A stretch of DNA of 63,471 nucleotides, filler included, from Saprolegnia diclina VS20 (GCF_000281045.1; 12 parts of 2 records of this genome joined end to end with filler, not necessarily neighbours in it); one strand, 5' to 3'; numbered from the whole stretch's first letter, positions 32,911-46,399 are shown. Notes: a model not told the origin generated them from the letters alone. Made by a program: numbers and translations.

Positions 32911-34728
32911 GCACGCGGACGGCGCATGCTTTGACCTCACGGCCGCGATGGCCGTCGACGACGCGACACAGTTCGGTGCTCGTGCGCCAAGCCGACGAGA
33001 TTGGTCGCCTCGTGTCTTGCGCTCGGCAGTGCCACTTCGAACCCCGGCCACGACGCCATTTTCACGCATGCAACACGGACGTTTCGCAAGTTGGCGCGTC
33101 CAACCATGTTGGCAGTGACAACGTGTACACTCGGCGGTGCTCGATCGCATGGGACCGCCGGTGGCATCAATGGAGGCGAGCAGCTCAACGAGCGTGGCAT
33201 GCGTCAATCGCGGGTCGGGCAATGGCTTGGGTTCGAGTCGTGTCTTCTGAGAGCCTTTCTATCAAGAAGCCAAGTCTCCTGCAGGGTGTCGTCGATGACA
33301 GAACAGCAAGACCAGATTACGCTTGGATACTGTGGTTAGGATAACGTTGGTTAAATGAGTAGCAACAGCAGCGCCGCCCCGAGTCCCCCAACGGCTAGCC
33401 CTTTACGAGGGAGCAAGGCGTCGCTATGATAAGATTCCATACAAGTGCAAGACTATATACATTACGACGGAACGTCACACTATTATCTCACATTGCGAAC
33501 CGTCGCGTATCTTTGCTTTTGCCAGCGATGGGCGAAGCGCCGAGCTGGCGACACATGTGGGGCGCGCNNNNNNNNNNNNNNNNNNNNNNNNNNNNNNNNN
33601 NNNNNNNNNNNTTAATTAATTAANNNNNNNNNNNNNNNNNNNNNNNNNNNNNNNNNNNNNNNNNNNNCCCGGCGCCATCGGAGGTGTGCGTCGTTCGCTT
33701 CAACGAGACTGCGACGCTGTCTTCGAAAGCGCCTCGACCCTCGCGTCGAGACATAATTACTGATAGTAGAAGACTGTGCCGCAGTAATCGTTGGAAACGT
33801 GGGCGCGACCTATGTTGACCTCGCATCTTGTTCTGACGTCTGGTCTACAACTCTTGCGTGAGAGCTGATAGACATTCCACCGAGTTCAATGCGCGTGGTC
33901 CTGTCTGCAAGTGAGCAGCTGTGAAGCACTTCGCAGCGTGCGACCTGCCTCTGGCCAAGAATAACCGATGAAGCTCAAGGTTCGTCATACTGGTACGATG
34001 CCAGTTGAAATGCTTTCGTGCTCAGCCACCTGCAGCACAAGGGCCATTGGCCAAGCTCCTTGCGCTATTGGTCATAATCTGACCAATCCTGCTTTATTTT
34101 GGGGCGCAGCATATGTTGGTGTCCGATCACTGCGCTTTGTCCACGCGCGATTGGACTCTGCCCAGCTGAAATACATAAGTGGTCGCAAACTGCAACTTGA
34201 CGTGCTGGCCAATGCTCTTCGACTAACACGCTAAACCTGATCTCTAAAAGTGGCACCCTCTTCGGCACGCGGTTTTAGGCAGCGACAACACTACATGCAC
34301 TCGAAATCTAGACTTGTGCTGACGTTGCAAAGCCCATCTGTGCAAGATGCCCGCACTTGGAGCAAGCGCATTCTTGCAGTGCTAGCGCAGACATTTATTG
34401 CACATGGGCGTCAACTAAAACGACCAGCGGGGAGTAATCGGCTTGTCCAGTAGAGTGCACTACATGAAATATTTCGTGGTCCCGTCGCACGCTGGGGTAT
34501 GATGTCTGGTATGTGTAGACGAGACACCGAATCTATAGCATGTGTGCGTTATCGCCAGCTGCGACGCAGTGTGCGGCTGCGATTCAAGGCATTGGATTGT
34601 TGCTCGAGGTGTCCTACACCGCGCGACCACGTGCCTGAGGACGACCACGGTTGCTATCAGTCGCGCAGAAGAGCGTCGAAATAATGGTGCGAACCATACG
34701 AAACCAAATCGAGCACTCGAGCCCTCCT

Positions 34729-34745
34729 GCTCACTTTTCAATTTG
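34729..34745 (+). promoter_or_regulatory. Oomycete INR+FPR core promoter
   Basis: GCTCACTTTTCAATTTG ends just upstream of ATG 34753. Confidence 0.7.
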
Positions 34746-34752
34746 CAGCTCC

Positions 34753-36187
34753 ATGGCCTTCCGCCTTCCTCTCGTTGCGCTCGCTACGGCGGCCGCCGCG
34801 CATGCCTCTGATGCCCCGCTGCCCGCTTGGGTCGAAGTCGCTCGTGGCTATAAGCAAGTTGCAGCGGACAACAATGTTGTGTGCCTCCTCGACGCCAACA
34901 AGCAAGTGTCGTGCGCTGCGCCGTCGACGGCCATCGCCCAGTGGCCCAAGCGCGACGGCGAGTGGTCCACGATCGCTGTCGGCGGCAACTCGGTCGTCGA
35001 GTACAGCTATGCGAACGGCACGGCTGTCGTCTCAGACATTACCACCGGCACGTCGGTCGAGATTTCGACCAGCTTTGCCAAGCACGTCGCGACCAACGGC
35101 GACATCTTTTGCGCCCGCGAGCAAACGACTGGTGCGCAGAACCACATCTCGATGAAATGCATGCCGTACACCGACAAGTTTGGCCAGCAGCAGTGGAAGT
35201 ACCAAGAGGCCCAGAAGCACTATCTTGCCTTCCACGCCGGTGCGTCGACGGTGTACGCTCTCGACAAGGTCAACAACTTGCACGTTGGCGCGACGGCCGA
35301 GATCGCGTCCGGCGAAGTCAAGTGGACCGATGTCAAGAGCCCGGGCTTCTCGCAGATCGCGTTCAACGGCGAGCGTGTCTGCGGTATCACGGCCGACACT
35401 AAGCAGATCCAATGCAGCGTCGGCTTGCTCAAGAAGCGCGTCCAGTGGGCCGACGCGCTCCCGGGCCGCTCGTGGATCAGCCTCGCGCAGAGCAACGGTC
35501 TTCTCTACGCTGTGGACGAAGAGGGCGTGCTCTACGTCAATGGCATGCCCGAACCGACGCCGGCGCCGACGACCCCCGAGCCGACGACCGCGGAACCGAC
35601 CCCGGAGCCGACGCCCGCGCCGACCCCCGCGCCAACGCCCGAGCCGACGAAGGATCCGGCCCCGACGACGTGGGTCGAAGTGGCGCGTGACGGCAAGCAA
35701 GTGGCCGCCGACAACGACTACGTCTGTCTCCTCGACACGGCCAAGCAGGTGGCCTGTGCCACGGCGCCGTCGATGACGGCCAAGTGGGTCAAGCGCGACG
35801 GCAAGTGGTCCACGATCGCTGTCGGTGGCAACTCGCTCGTCGAGTACAGCTACACCAAGGGCAACGCCGTCATCTCGGACATCAAGAACAACTCCTCGGT
35901 CGACGTTTCGGTCGACTTTGGCTCGCACGTCGCGACCGATGGCGAGACATTCTGTGCCCGCGAGCAGAAGGACAAGAGCCATATCTACATGAAGTGCCTT
36001 CCGTACACGACCAAGTTTGGGACGCAGTGGAAGTACCAGGAGGCCCAGAAGCATTACTTGGCCTTCCACGCCGGTGCGTCGACGCTCTACGCCCTCGACG
36101 AAGTCCACAACCTCCACGTCGGCGCCACCGCCGAGATCGCGTCGGGTGCCGTCAACTGGGCCGCTGTCAAGAGCCCGGGCTTTTCGC
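34753..36187 (+). CDS. Secreted protein with tandem tectonin-like beta-propeller domains and Pro/Thr linker (3' partial)
   Basis: Signal peptide MAFRLPLVALATAAAAHA; an approx. 240-aa domain repeated twice (KQVAADN..VCLLD, FSQIAFNGERVCGI, WISLAQSNGLLYAVD); PEPTPAPT linker. Confidence 0.75.
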
Positions 36188-37650
36188 NNNNNNNNNNNNN
36201 NNNNNNNNNNNNNNNNNNNNNNNNNNNNNNNTTAATTAATTAANNNNNNNNNNNNNNNNNNNNNNNNNNNNNNNNNNNNNNNNNNNNGACGGCCTTTCAA
36301 GGCGATTGCCGAGGCGCTTTGACGTTGACGCCCACCAAGCACACTCGTGCGCAGTTGCACCATCGTCGCTTGCCGCGCTGGGTCGTCTTTTGCTCGAGAT
36401 GCACAAGGCCCCCCGCGCCTTCTCATGCGCTTGGATCACGCGTCTTCTGTGTACGCTATGCGCAAAAATGCCTTGGGAGCGAATGGACGCGCTTCAAGGG
36501 CTGGTGTACCTCGACATCGTTCCGCCCGCCGCCAAGTACTGGCGCTGGATGTTCTGGGCGAAGCCGTGGCCGTCCGTGCTGCCCCGCGAGAGACACGACG
36601 TTGGCTTGGAAGCTGCTTCGCGACGAGACGACAACGCTGGCGCTCACGCTCGCACAGCTGCACCTGATGCATCGTAACGACCCGAACTTGCCCTCGTTGC
36701 CATGGCCATCGGTACGTATTTCTTCACTAGTATCTCTACATAAACATTGATTATAGCTCTTGTCGATGGAGCTATCTGTCGACGTCTGCAGACGGTTTGC
36801 TCGCTTGGTCTTGGCATCTCAAGTTTCTCTCGTTCAAAAGAGGTGATATCCTGTCGTTGTAGATGGCACGGACACGCTCTGGAAGGCCGCCAGCCTCTGG
36901 CTACACATGGTTTTTCAAAATGCTTCTCCTCGTGTACGTTTTATGGCATGCTCTGGAAGCGAATGGGGGGCGCCGTTGCAACCCAGTAGAAGAGGGTAAC
37001 TACAAGTATAATACGAGCTCTTCACGCTTGATGCCCTGCCGTTTGCACGCGGTAGACAGCACCGACACCATTGGCAGCCAACGACAAACTACCCACTGCG
37101 AACCCCGTCCAACGTCAATCCCAGTCTCTGCTCGAGCTGCACAGCGATTAAAACGGAGCTCTCGACGCTCGTGGTAGCTACGCCGTCTTATCTCGGATTC
37201 TCCCGACCATGCCCGCGTGAGTCGCACTCCCACGCTTCACATGCGCGACACGACTTGACCTTCTTGAGCGCTCGCCTGTACAGCTGTACCGTCGCGTTTC
37301 ATTAAGCCAGTGCTCACCTCGGTGACCTGCGCTCGCAGTGCTTGCCATCATTGGTCGCGCAGCGCCTGATATTCACTATGTAATTTTGGCGTGATCTTAT
37401 GGCATTGGTGCTTGTCTGCGTCTGGCACGAGGTAATATCACACCCATACACCATGTGCATCCTACAGAGTAACTAGGTGCCTCTAACTGTGTCTTTATCA
37501 AACAAGGATTCAGGACTACCGCTGTTTGTGCGTCTCCTCCACCGGTACGCCGCTTGCGTGTGCGGCTACCTCGAATAGCTCGAGCTCATTACACCACTCT
37601 GAAAATTGGCAACAAAGCATGTTTGCATTCATTGTGTATCAAAAGTCAAC

Positions 37651-38576
37651 TTACTGGGTCGGAGCTGCGATTCTCTTGACAGCGTACGCCGCGTTGACGG
37701 CGTAGATCTGGTTGTTGCTGAGGGCGAGGCTCGTCCAGTCGCTCTCAGGCAGCTGCGACCACGTCGGCGACAATGGGGTCGCAAGGTCGTTGGTCGTGCA
37801 GGCAATCACCGTTTCCGCCTTTTTGATGCCGCACACGCGCTTGCCGTCGTACGCAATGCTCGTGAAAACAGGCGCACGTGCCACTGGGTTCCAATAGACG
37901 TGGTCCTTGCCACTCATGATGTCGTCGACTTTGGCGACGTGCAAGATGTTGCTTTTGCTGAGCCCATACATCGCCGTGCTGTTGGCCGCCATGGCCGTGG
38001 ACTGGATGTTGCTGCTCGAGTAAATCCAGTCGCGTTGACTACCGCTCTGGAGCCGGAGGGGGCCGCAGTTGATGCTTTTGGAGCTCGTTGCGCAAATGTT
38101 TGTGCCGTCGGTCGAGAGTTGGGAAACGGGGCTCAGATCCGCTTTCTCACTGAGTTCTTGCAACGGAGCGTCGATCGACTGGAGGTAAAAGTCCTTGGTG
38201 CTGTTGTATTGCACGATCCAGTCCCCGCCGACAGCAAGAGCGGTCTTGCCCGACCCGCGAGACGTTGGTTGAAGCGGCAACGTTTGCGATGTCGCGCAGT
38301 CGAGCTGGCCTTTGTTGCCTTTTTTGACCATGCAGACTACCTTGTCGTTCGCAGCGACTTCCTTGTAGCCCGTGATGACAGGCACCCACTTTGAAGTCGG
38401 CGTCCCAGTCGGCGTAGGCGCTGGAGTTGGTGCTGGCGTAGGCGCGGGCGTAGGCGCGGGCGTAGGCGCGGGCGTAGGCGCTGGAGTCGGTGCCGGCGTG
38501 GGAGCAATGGTGGGAGCAGCAGTTGGGGCGTCAGTTGGAGCAGCAGTCGGCGCGGGAGTCGGTGCATCGGTCGGCT
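37651..38576 (-). CDS. C-terminal part of a tectonin-like propeller protein with PTPA linker (5' partial)
   Basis: YKEVAANDKVVC, FTSIAYDGKRVCGI and WTSLALSNNQIYAVN match the 34753 domain. Confidence 0.75.
38400..38500 (-). repeat. 12-bp coding tandem repeat (PTPA)n
   Basis: GGCGTAGGCGCG units and variants on the + strand. Confidence 0.85.
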
Positions 38577-39118
38577 NNNNNNNNNNNNNNNNNNNNNNNN
38601 NNNNNNNNNNNNNNNNNNNNTTAATTAATTAANNNNNNNNNNNNNNNNNNNNNNNNNNNNNNNNNNNNNNNNNNNNTTGATTTTTGCCGACTTTGGCTCT
38701 GCTGCCACACACCAGCCGCGGTTGCTACGTCACGTCGCGCTTGCCCTCGTCGTCGTCACCATTTTTGTCATTCCGTCCAAGCAGCACCGGGTCTTGGTCG
38801 TGACGCGTTGGTGCACAGCTTATACGAACACCACGTATTCAAGGCCCGCCCAAGAGTAAATGCAATAAGATCTGGCTGGTGATTGAAACGAGCTTCAATA
38901 TGGCTGCGCATTCTACGACGCCTGACGTATTTGCCAAGGACGCCAGGGACTGGTCCCAACGAGGCTACAGTCGTACAGTCGCGGTCTCTCGAGCGAGCGA
39001 CCCATGCGATGGCTCATCTCGACGCACGCAATGCATGTGGTACGTTGGACGTCATCGTTCCACACGCTAAACACTCGGCAATGGAACGGTATCTTAGAGG
39101 TTGATGATGGTCGTCTTC

Positions 39119-40420
39119 TTACTCGCCCATCTTGGTGGCCTGGCTGCCCCACAGCAGCGGGTACCCGGCCTCTTCCAGCTTCTGCTTGAGCTCCATACCG
39201 TGCTCGAGCGACGTCGTCTCGACGACGCACTTGACCTGGACGAGCGAGACGCTCGAGTGCAGCCACGCGCGCTCGTGGTAAATGTCCTTGACGCTGACAC
39301 CGACGTCCGAGAGGAGCGTCACGAGCTGCGCGACGCCACCGGGACGATCGCTGACCGTGGCCACAAAGCGCACGAGGCGGCCGTCGGCGGCCATACCGCG
39401 CTCGATGACGCGGCCGAGCACGCTCGTGTCAATGTTGCCGCCGCAGAGCGGCATCACGATGCGCTTGCCCTTGAGGTACGGCAGCTTGTCGTCGATGAGC
39501 GCCGCGAGACCCGCCGCACCGCCGCCTTCGACAACCACCTTCTCGAGCTCGCAGAGGCGGAGCACACTGAGCGCGATCGCCTTCTCCGAGACCGTCACCA
39601 TCTCGTCGATGAGGCCGGCGCCAATCGCAAACGCATTGTCGCCGACCTGGGGCACCGCGAGACCGTCCGCGAGCGTCGGCAGCGTCGGCGTGCTCACGGG
39701 CTTGCCGGCCGCGAGCGCGGCCGTGAAGCTTGCGCAGTTTTCCGGCTCGACGCCAATGACCTTGATGGCCGGGTTGAGTGTCTTGACCGCAAGCGCAATA
39801 CCGGCGATGAGGCCGCCGCCGCCGACCGGCACGATGATCGCGTCGACCTTGGGCACTTGGTTGAGGATCTCGATGCCCATGGTGCCGGCACCGGCAATGA
39901 TGTTGGGATGGTCAAAACCGTTGATGTACGTGAGGCCCTCGGCTTCAACGAACGTGTCGGCGTGCGTCTTGGCCTCGAGGATGTGCGCGCCCTGGAGGAT
40001 CACGCGCGCGCCGAGCTCCTGGCAGCCCTTGATCTTGGCGAGCGGCGCGATCGTGGGCATGACGCACGTCACGGGGATGTTGAGCAGCTTGCCGTGGTAC
40101 GCGAGCGCGAGCGCGTGGTTGCCGGCCGAGGCTGCGATGACGCCGCGCGCCTTTTGCTCATCGGACAGCAGCATGAGCGCGTTGCGCGCGCCGCGCTCCT
40201 TGAACGAGCCCGTCATCTGGCGGTAGTCCTTCTTCAAGAAGAGCTCGTAGCCCATGCGCTTGGAGAGGAAGGCCGAGTAGTTGCACGACGTGTGGTGGAT
40301 GCCGTCGCGGACGCGGTACATGGCGGTCGAGATGTCCTCAAAGGTCACGGCCGGGCGGCCATCGCTAAAGTGGCGGCGCAGCACGCGGGTCGCGCGGGCA
40401 GAGTGGCGGCCGAGCTGCAT
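39119..40420 (-). CDS. Threonine/serine dehydratase (PLP fold II) with C-terminal ACT domain
   Basis: TGSFKERGA (PLP lysine), ASAGNHA, PVGGGGL, CGGNID and ACT motif DRPGGVA; Arg-rich N-terminus suggests a mitochondrial presequence. Confidence 0.92.
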   Translation of the reverse strand: MQLGRHSARATRVLRRHFSDGRPAVTFEDISTAMYRVRDGIHHTSCNYSAFLSKRMGYELFLKKDYRQMTGSFKERGARNALMLLSDEQKARGVIAASAGNHALALAYHGKLLNIPVTCVMPTIAPLAKIKGCQELGARVILQGAHILEAKTHADTFVEAEGLTYINGFDHPNIIAGAGTMGIEILNQVPKVDAIIVPVGGGGLIAGIALAVKTLNPAIKVIGVEPENCASFTAALAAGKPVSTPTLPTLADGLAVPQVGDNAFAIGAGLIDEMVTVSEKAIALSVLRLCELEKVVVEGGGAAGLAALIDDKLPYLKGKRIVMPLCGGNIDTSVLGRVIERGMAADGRLVRFVATVSDRPGGVAQLVTLLSDVGVSVKDIYHERAWLHSSVSLVQVKCVVETTSLEHGMELKQKLEEAGYPLLWGSQATKMGE

Positions 40421-41642
40421 GTCAAGAAATGACCAGCCAACCTTGGTGTTTGGCACTTCAATTAAGTACCCTCGGTGCCAGGTCATTTCTCCGATCTGTC
40501 CTTCTCAAAATACGCATACTAAGCTACAGTACAAGCGTGTGGCCATATCCTATATTGAGACAGTGAGGAGAAAACATCTGCAATATGACCAAACCCAAAG
40601 AAAGACGCAAGGCTTGGCCACTGTAACCACCAGCGGGCGCTAATTTTAGACCAATCAGAATGGTCGGCGGGAAGGGCACACGAAGACATTGTTTTAGGGG
40701 TACCCTTAGAAAGCCATGTGTGGCCCAAACGCAGAGAGGGACCTATGAAAAGAACATGCGACAAAGGTTGAAGTTGCGCACGGCGACTGGTGATTTGGCG
40801 GCGCCAGGGCCAAGCGCGGAACGACCGTGGGTGCCAATGGATTGCGCAAATGAAGCGAGTGTGTGGTGGAGAGCTGTGGTCGAGGTAGCAGCATCAGGAA
40901 GCGAGGAAGCAGAACGTTAGAAGCTGGACGCAGTGGCCATCGACTGGTGCTAGTGCTTGACGTTGCCCGTAGTAGTCCTGTGCCGCATCTCGTCCTGGTG
41001 TTCGATGACAGTGGAAATGCGGTCGCCAGTGGCCACACGCTGTAGTACAGACGAGGCACGCAGCAGGTTTATATTACTCGTTTCTGACAACTGGCGCATC
41101 GACGAGCGCCAGTCGCGCCATACTGACGTCTTGGGTCTTGAGTATTCGGAAGAGGCACTCGGTGTGATCCTTGGCTCTATCACCGCTACAGATGAGCTAG
41201 TAGCAGCGTCTATAGACCCTTGCTACTAGTGCTGCGAAGACGAGGCGGCAGATAGGTGCGCGCCGACCACAGTGCAATGTGGCGACATCGTATCTCGCCA
41301 GCGCCGTGCCCCACGCGCTCGATGAGTAGTAGTAGTATGTTGCATAGGACAGTGTCGCGTCTACGGCAGCAGATTTTACTTGCACTGCGACGGGCGCAAG
41401 CTTTCCACCTGTACGATGGTCTTCTCGCGAACTTGACACGGAACACAGTTGCCGTTGGACTGGTGGAGTCTCCAGTACCGGTACGGTCGATACATGGTTT
41501 CTCGGCCGGCTCCAATAGTATTTTTCACCGTGCAATGTCTTTNNNNNNNNNNNNNNNNNNNNNNNNNNNNNNNNNNNNNNNNNNNNTTAATTAATTAANN
41601 NNNNNNNNNNNNNNNNNNNNNNNNNNNNNNNNNNNNNNNNNN

Positions 41643-43754
41643 GACAATCATGAATGCCGACGGACGCTGCGTCAGGTCAAACGAGAGACAGGCGTCGGCG
41701 AGGTCTCGCAGCCAAGGCGGACAAGTTGCGCTTACTGACGGACGGAGGTTGCCGAGACGCACGCCGTCGATGATCCCCCAGTACCCGAGGCCCTTGGCGT
41801 CGTGATATGGAAGTTGGAGCGTGTCCAGCTCGGTCAAAATGACGCCAAACGAGTAGATATCAGCAGCAAAGCTGTAGTTGCTCGTCGACGCAAGCACCTC
41901 TGGCGCTGTCCAGTACGGTGTGCTCTTGCCCGTCGTTGCGTCCGACTCGAGGTCAATGCCGAGGTTTGCGACTTTAATGTAGTTGGTCGAGGAGAGAAGG
42001 ACGTTGTAGCTCTCGAGGTCGTGGTGGAAGACGCCGTTGTGGTGCAGATCGGCGAGCGCATTCGCAAGCACCCACGCGACTTGCAGCGATGAGACGTCAA
42101 TTTTGGTGGGCTCACCGAGTCGCTTGGCGTCGACGTAGCTGCGCAAATCACCACCGTCCATGTACTCGAGCACAAGCTTGGGACTGGTCGAGTCGACATC
42201 TGAGACGGCGAGCAGTTGCTGCAGATACGGCGAGTTGCACCTACAATGATCGACATTTAGATCATTCCACAAGATCAAAGAGATCTACTGCTGGATGGTC
42301 TCCATTTCGTGGAGGATTGCTTGGACGGAGGACTCGTCGACAGGCGTCTTGATGGCGACGACGCGACCATGGTACGTGCCCTTGTACACGGTACCATAGA
42401 TTGGACTAGATACGTCCATCTCAATATCCGTAGCCGGCACCTAGAGCCGCCCATGTTAGAGAAAGATCGTTACTGGGAAAATGGTGTGTACGCTGGGGAT
42501 AACACGGTGCGCGGCTGTCTGCAGCATCGTTGCCAGGCGTCGGTGGCCCATTTGGATGGCCAGAGCCATCGGTGTCACGCCCGCCTAAACAGCGACAATA
42601 TTGTCATTGTCATCCGTGCCATCGACTCTATATACCTGATTGTGAGCGTCGATGTTGATGCCGGGCGTTCGCAAAAGCGTCGCCAAAGTCTTCTGGTCGT
42701 TGGTTTGTACAGCGAGATGCAGAGGTGTATCGCCCGACTACACCGATTCAGCGTCGCATCGGTGCTCAGAGTCAAGTCAAAGCATTTACCTCGTTCGCAG
42801 CATTGGAATGACTATCGTCGGCCAGCCGTTCTTCACTGGCGTCGTTGACGTAGACAGCTTGGACCCGCTCCTACACCATTCATATGAATAGACATGTATG
42901 GTCCAAATTAAGTTGTACGTTGGCGCCTCGTGCGTCCACGGGTCGATGCACCGAGCTCTACATCGTAGGTCGTGGATAATGACGTGTGGCATGCAGCAGT
43001 CGTACCCCCAAAGCTTCCTGACAGTTGGTACCGATGTCGAGTCGGTTGCCAAGCCGCTGGACGAGCTTACTTAGCATGGCCTCCGAGTTGCAGACACGCT
43101 GGGCTATGATGCTCAGCATATTCTCCGAGTCGCAGATGCGCGACACAATGTGGTCTAGCATGGCCTCCGAGAGCTGCGGGACCTACGAAAGCTTGCACAA
43201 GAGTACTGCGGTGGACTCTACCGAGTACCTTTTGCTTGGTCAATTTTTCTGCTTGCAGCAGCGTGTTGATGACGAGTGGGTGCATCGCCAGCATCAACGG
43301 CGTCTTGCCCGTCTAGAGATACCGTCCGTCATTGCATAGGATGATGGTTGGAGTGCGATACCTTGTCCTTGGCAAAGACGTTGGCCTCGACATCCAGAAG
43401 GTACTTGATCACGCATTCGTGGGCCTTCTCAGCTGCAATATGGAGCGGTGTCTGGCCCATCTAGTTCAAACGAGATACGATTTGACAGGATCTAATCACA
43501 AACAATGTTATCTACCGCGTCGCACGCCTCGAGCTTGACGCCACACTGGACAATTTGGTGAACCACGATCATGTTTCCGCCAATCACGGCCGCATGCAGT
43601 GGCGTCGATCCATCCTAACATCGTCATGAGACATGTTGAATATGAAGGGTTCAATACAGTACTTTGGAAACGAGTTGGGGGTTGGCGTTGGCGCGAAGGA
43701 GACATTTGACAACGTCGGCGTGGCCACCGATCGCAGCGGCAAAAAGGGGTGATT
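41643..43754 (-). CDS. Multi-exon ankyrin-repeat TKL kinase-like protein with degenerate catalytic motifs (partial at both ends)
   Basis: Ankyrin exons (GKTPLMLA, GVTPMALA). Kinase has VAIK, HHDLESYN, VANLG and WTAPE; Gly-loop shortened (SSPIYGTVY). Confidence 0.75.
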
Positions 43755-44103
43755 NNNNNNNNNNNNNNNNNNNNNNNNNNNNNNNNNNNNNNNNNNNNTT
43801 AATTAATTAANNNNNNNNNNNNNNNNNNNNNNNNNNNNNNNNNNNNNNNNNNNNCGCTGAGAAGCCAAAAGTAACAAACTAGCAGCTCGGCTAGTGGAAC
43901 ACTCGACAGAAAGTCCTTACTTGTCGTTATGTATCGCACCCATCACGTTGATGACCTACTGCATTTCGCGTTGACCACAGGTGACGTCTCCTACTTGGTC
44001 GATTGCTTGCAGCACACACAACGACTCGTTTGCAACGGCTGCCAATGAAATCACTTGCCCTCGTAAAAAAAGTATAGAAATAAAAGGCTATCGGTACATG
44101 CCT

Positions 44104-45095
44104 CTATTCCACGTCGTTCAAACCGACAAGCTCGTACTGCGGTCCGCAATTGTCGGCCTTGAGCAGCGGAAAACTCATAGCGTACGTCATCGTCGCCGCG
44201 GCCTAGTTCAGTATGCTCCGTTGTCGCATTCTGCAAAATGGGGAGTTGTACCGAGGGTGCCGCCGACGGACGCCAGTGCTGCTCCAGCGTCGCAACAACC
44301 GTCTCTGCCGTAGGCCGTGAAGTCGCGTCAAACGCCATGCAGCTCTCGGCCAGCGCCTTGTACCATGGTGCGCACGTCGCACTCACCGCTGGGCGAACGC
44401 GGCCGTTGCGAATGTTGTCGGTGAGCGCCCACACATCGAGGTTCAAGTCCCCATACGGCAGCTGGAATGAGTCGAGCTCCGTCATAATGACACCGAGCGA
44501 GTAGACATCGGCAGCGGCTGTCGCGGCACTGGCACCAGAGAGCACTTCGGGTGCGCACCAAAGCAGCATCGACATGGTGCGATCCATGAGGCGGGCCTTT
44601 GCGTCACCGAGGTTGGCGACCTTGATGTAGTTGGTGCCGCAGAGCAAGACGTTGTGGGAAGTCAAATCGCGATGGACAAAGCCGTGGGCGTGGAGGTCGG
44701 CGAGCGCGTTGGCGACGACCCAGAGCACTTGTTGCGCTGTAAAGTCCTTAGGTACGGCCTGCGCTGCTTGCTTCTTGTCCAGGAAATCGCGCAAGGTGCC
44801 GAGCAACATGTACTCGGTCACCATGCAAGGCTGCTCTTCTGAGCCCGTGATCGCACGTAGTTGCAGCAGGTACGGCGACTTGCACCTAGTCGATGACGAA
44901 CATGTGAATCACATTCTAGTTCTTTGAGACGTACGCGTCAAGCGCGTCGATTTCAGCTGTGATTGCGGGCGTGTCGCGAGAATGTAGCATGGACTTGATC
45001 GCGACACCCTCTCCGCGGTAGTGTCCGAACTCGACAAGACATTTGTGGCCGCCCGAGCTGAGCTTTGTTTTCCCAATCACCTCGTCCGGATGAAT
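44104..45095 (-). CDS. TKL kinase-like domain, probable pseudokinase (5' partial)
   Basis: LSSGGHKCLV, VAIK, HRDLTSHN, VANLG and WCAPE; introns near 44888-44932 and 44158-44187. Confidence 0.75.
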
Positions 45096-45695
45096 CTATG
45101 AGGTANNNNNNNNNNNNNNNNNNNNNNNNNNNNNNNNNNNNNNNNNNNNTTAATTAATTAANNNNNNNNNNNNNNNNNNNNNNNNNNNNNNNNNNNNNNN
45201 NNNNNAAATGGCTCGATATATAGCCAATGGGTTGGCCGGATTGAGACACGACACATCGAATTAATCCCCTGGGATGCTGGTACACCACGTAAACGTTCCT
45301 ACCAGGAGAAGGCCAGCATGATTGTCTAGCCAAGCCCGATGGCGATGGATGCCGATCACGTGGCAGCGGGCGCTTGCTCTATTGTAGAGTACGCCCTGGG
45401 AATCTCGGCGGAAACGACACGACCGTCGTCGGCGCCTCCACAACCTATACGCTGCTTATTGTCATCGAGTACACGTGAACGGTTTGCAGCTGTCTCTAGC
45501 GACGCCTTGTACAACCGCTCGTCACTTGTTCAAGCTCGAAGCTAGTACCAAGCAGTGCCCCGTGAGGTTCACAGCGTGCGGTCCTAGCATTTCTAGCTCG
45601 CGTGCATCAAGATTATTGACCCTTGCGTGCATGAATTGTGACGCGTGCGTGGGTGTTGCTATCGTGGAGAGCGTCCATCTTGAGCGCATCTGCAC

Positions 45696-46180
45696 TTAGC
45701 CCAAGAGGATGAGTGCCACATTAATTGGGTCGCTGGCTCTGCTTCCCCGCTCCAAGCCCCAAACGCCTAGACGTTCACCCTCCAACGTTATGATCAGCTT
45801 CTTCGCTGTCTCTTTCGTCATCCCGTCCATTGCCACAAAGAAATCTATGAAATCCGAACCAACGAAATCATAGTTTGTTCCAATATGACTTGAAAAATGT
45901 ATTGACCAGCACCTCTCGAGACGAAGGAAGTGCTTCCCTCTGTGCTCATGGATCACGGATTTGACTGCTGTGGCTTCACATAATACTCAATAGTACGCCT
46001 AGGCGGCAGCGCGCTGGTAGCAGGTCGCCAGTGTACGGCGATCTCGTGACGCTCGCCCGCTGCCAACGGGGCTTCAATTATGCGGCGGATCTCGCAGTGG
46101 TTGCTTGGATCATTGCCAAGGGCCCTGAAGGGTTGTTCAACAAAGCTCGCGACAAAAGAATCGCAGGCATGAGCTTCCAA
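45696..46180 (-). pseudogene. Possible decayed Crinkler-type C-terminal (restriction-endonuclease-like) remnant
   Basis: YYVKPQQSN...SFVSRGAGQYIFQV resembles the YxxPxxxN...DSF...FQV pattern; interrupted by a stop. Confidence 0.35.
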
Positions 46181-46399
46181 AGTGAAATGTCAAATTGCAC
46201 GTTTGCAAAACGAGTCAAGCCTCGCTTTCCACAAACCGGGTCGATGTCCCAAGGCGAAAAATAAAAAGAAATCTTGGTAGCAAGAGCAGTCTATTTAGAT
46301 GACTCGTGGCATTCGACTCGACTTGCGAGTACCGTAATTAATGCACATACGGAACAAATGGAATAAGAGTCGTATTGAAAAGAAGAGGTATCGACTAGA

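Noticed and set aside
36289..36750. Coding-like, apparently frameshifted fragment (MPWERMDALQGLVYLD...)
   Set aside because: No recognisable family and truncated by a linker; needs BLASTX.
10315..40432. Long antisense ORFs (for example 10315-11808, 35032-36117, 39101-40432)
   Set aside because: Shadows of high-GC3 coding sequence on the opposite strand, with no motifs.
40700..41542. Short ORFs upstream of threonine dehydratase
   Set aside because: No motif or codon bias that I could support.
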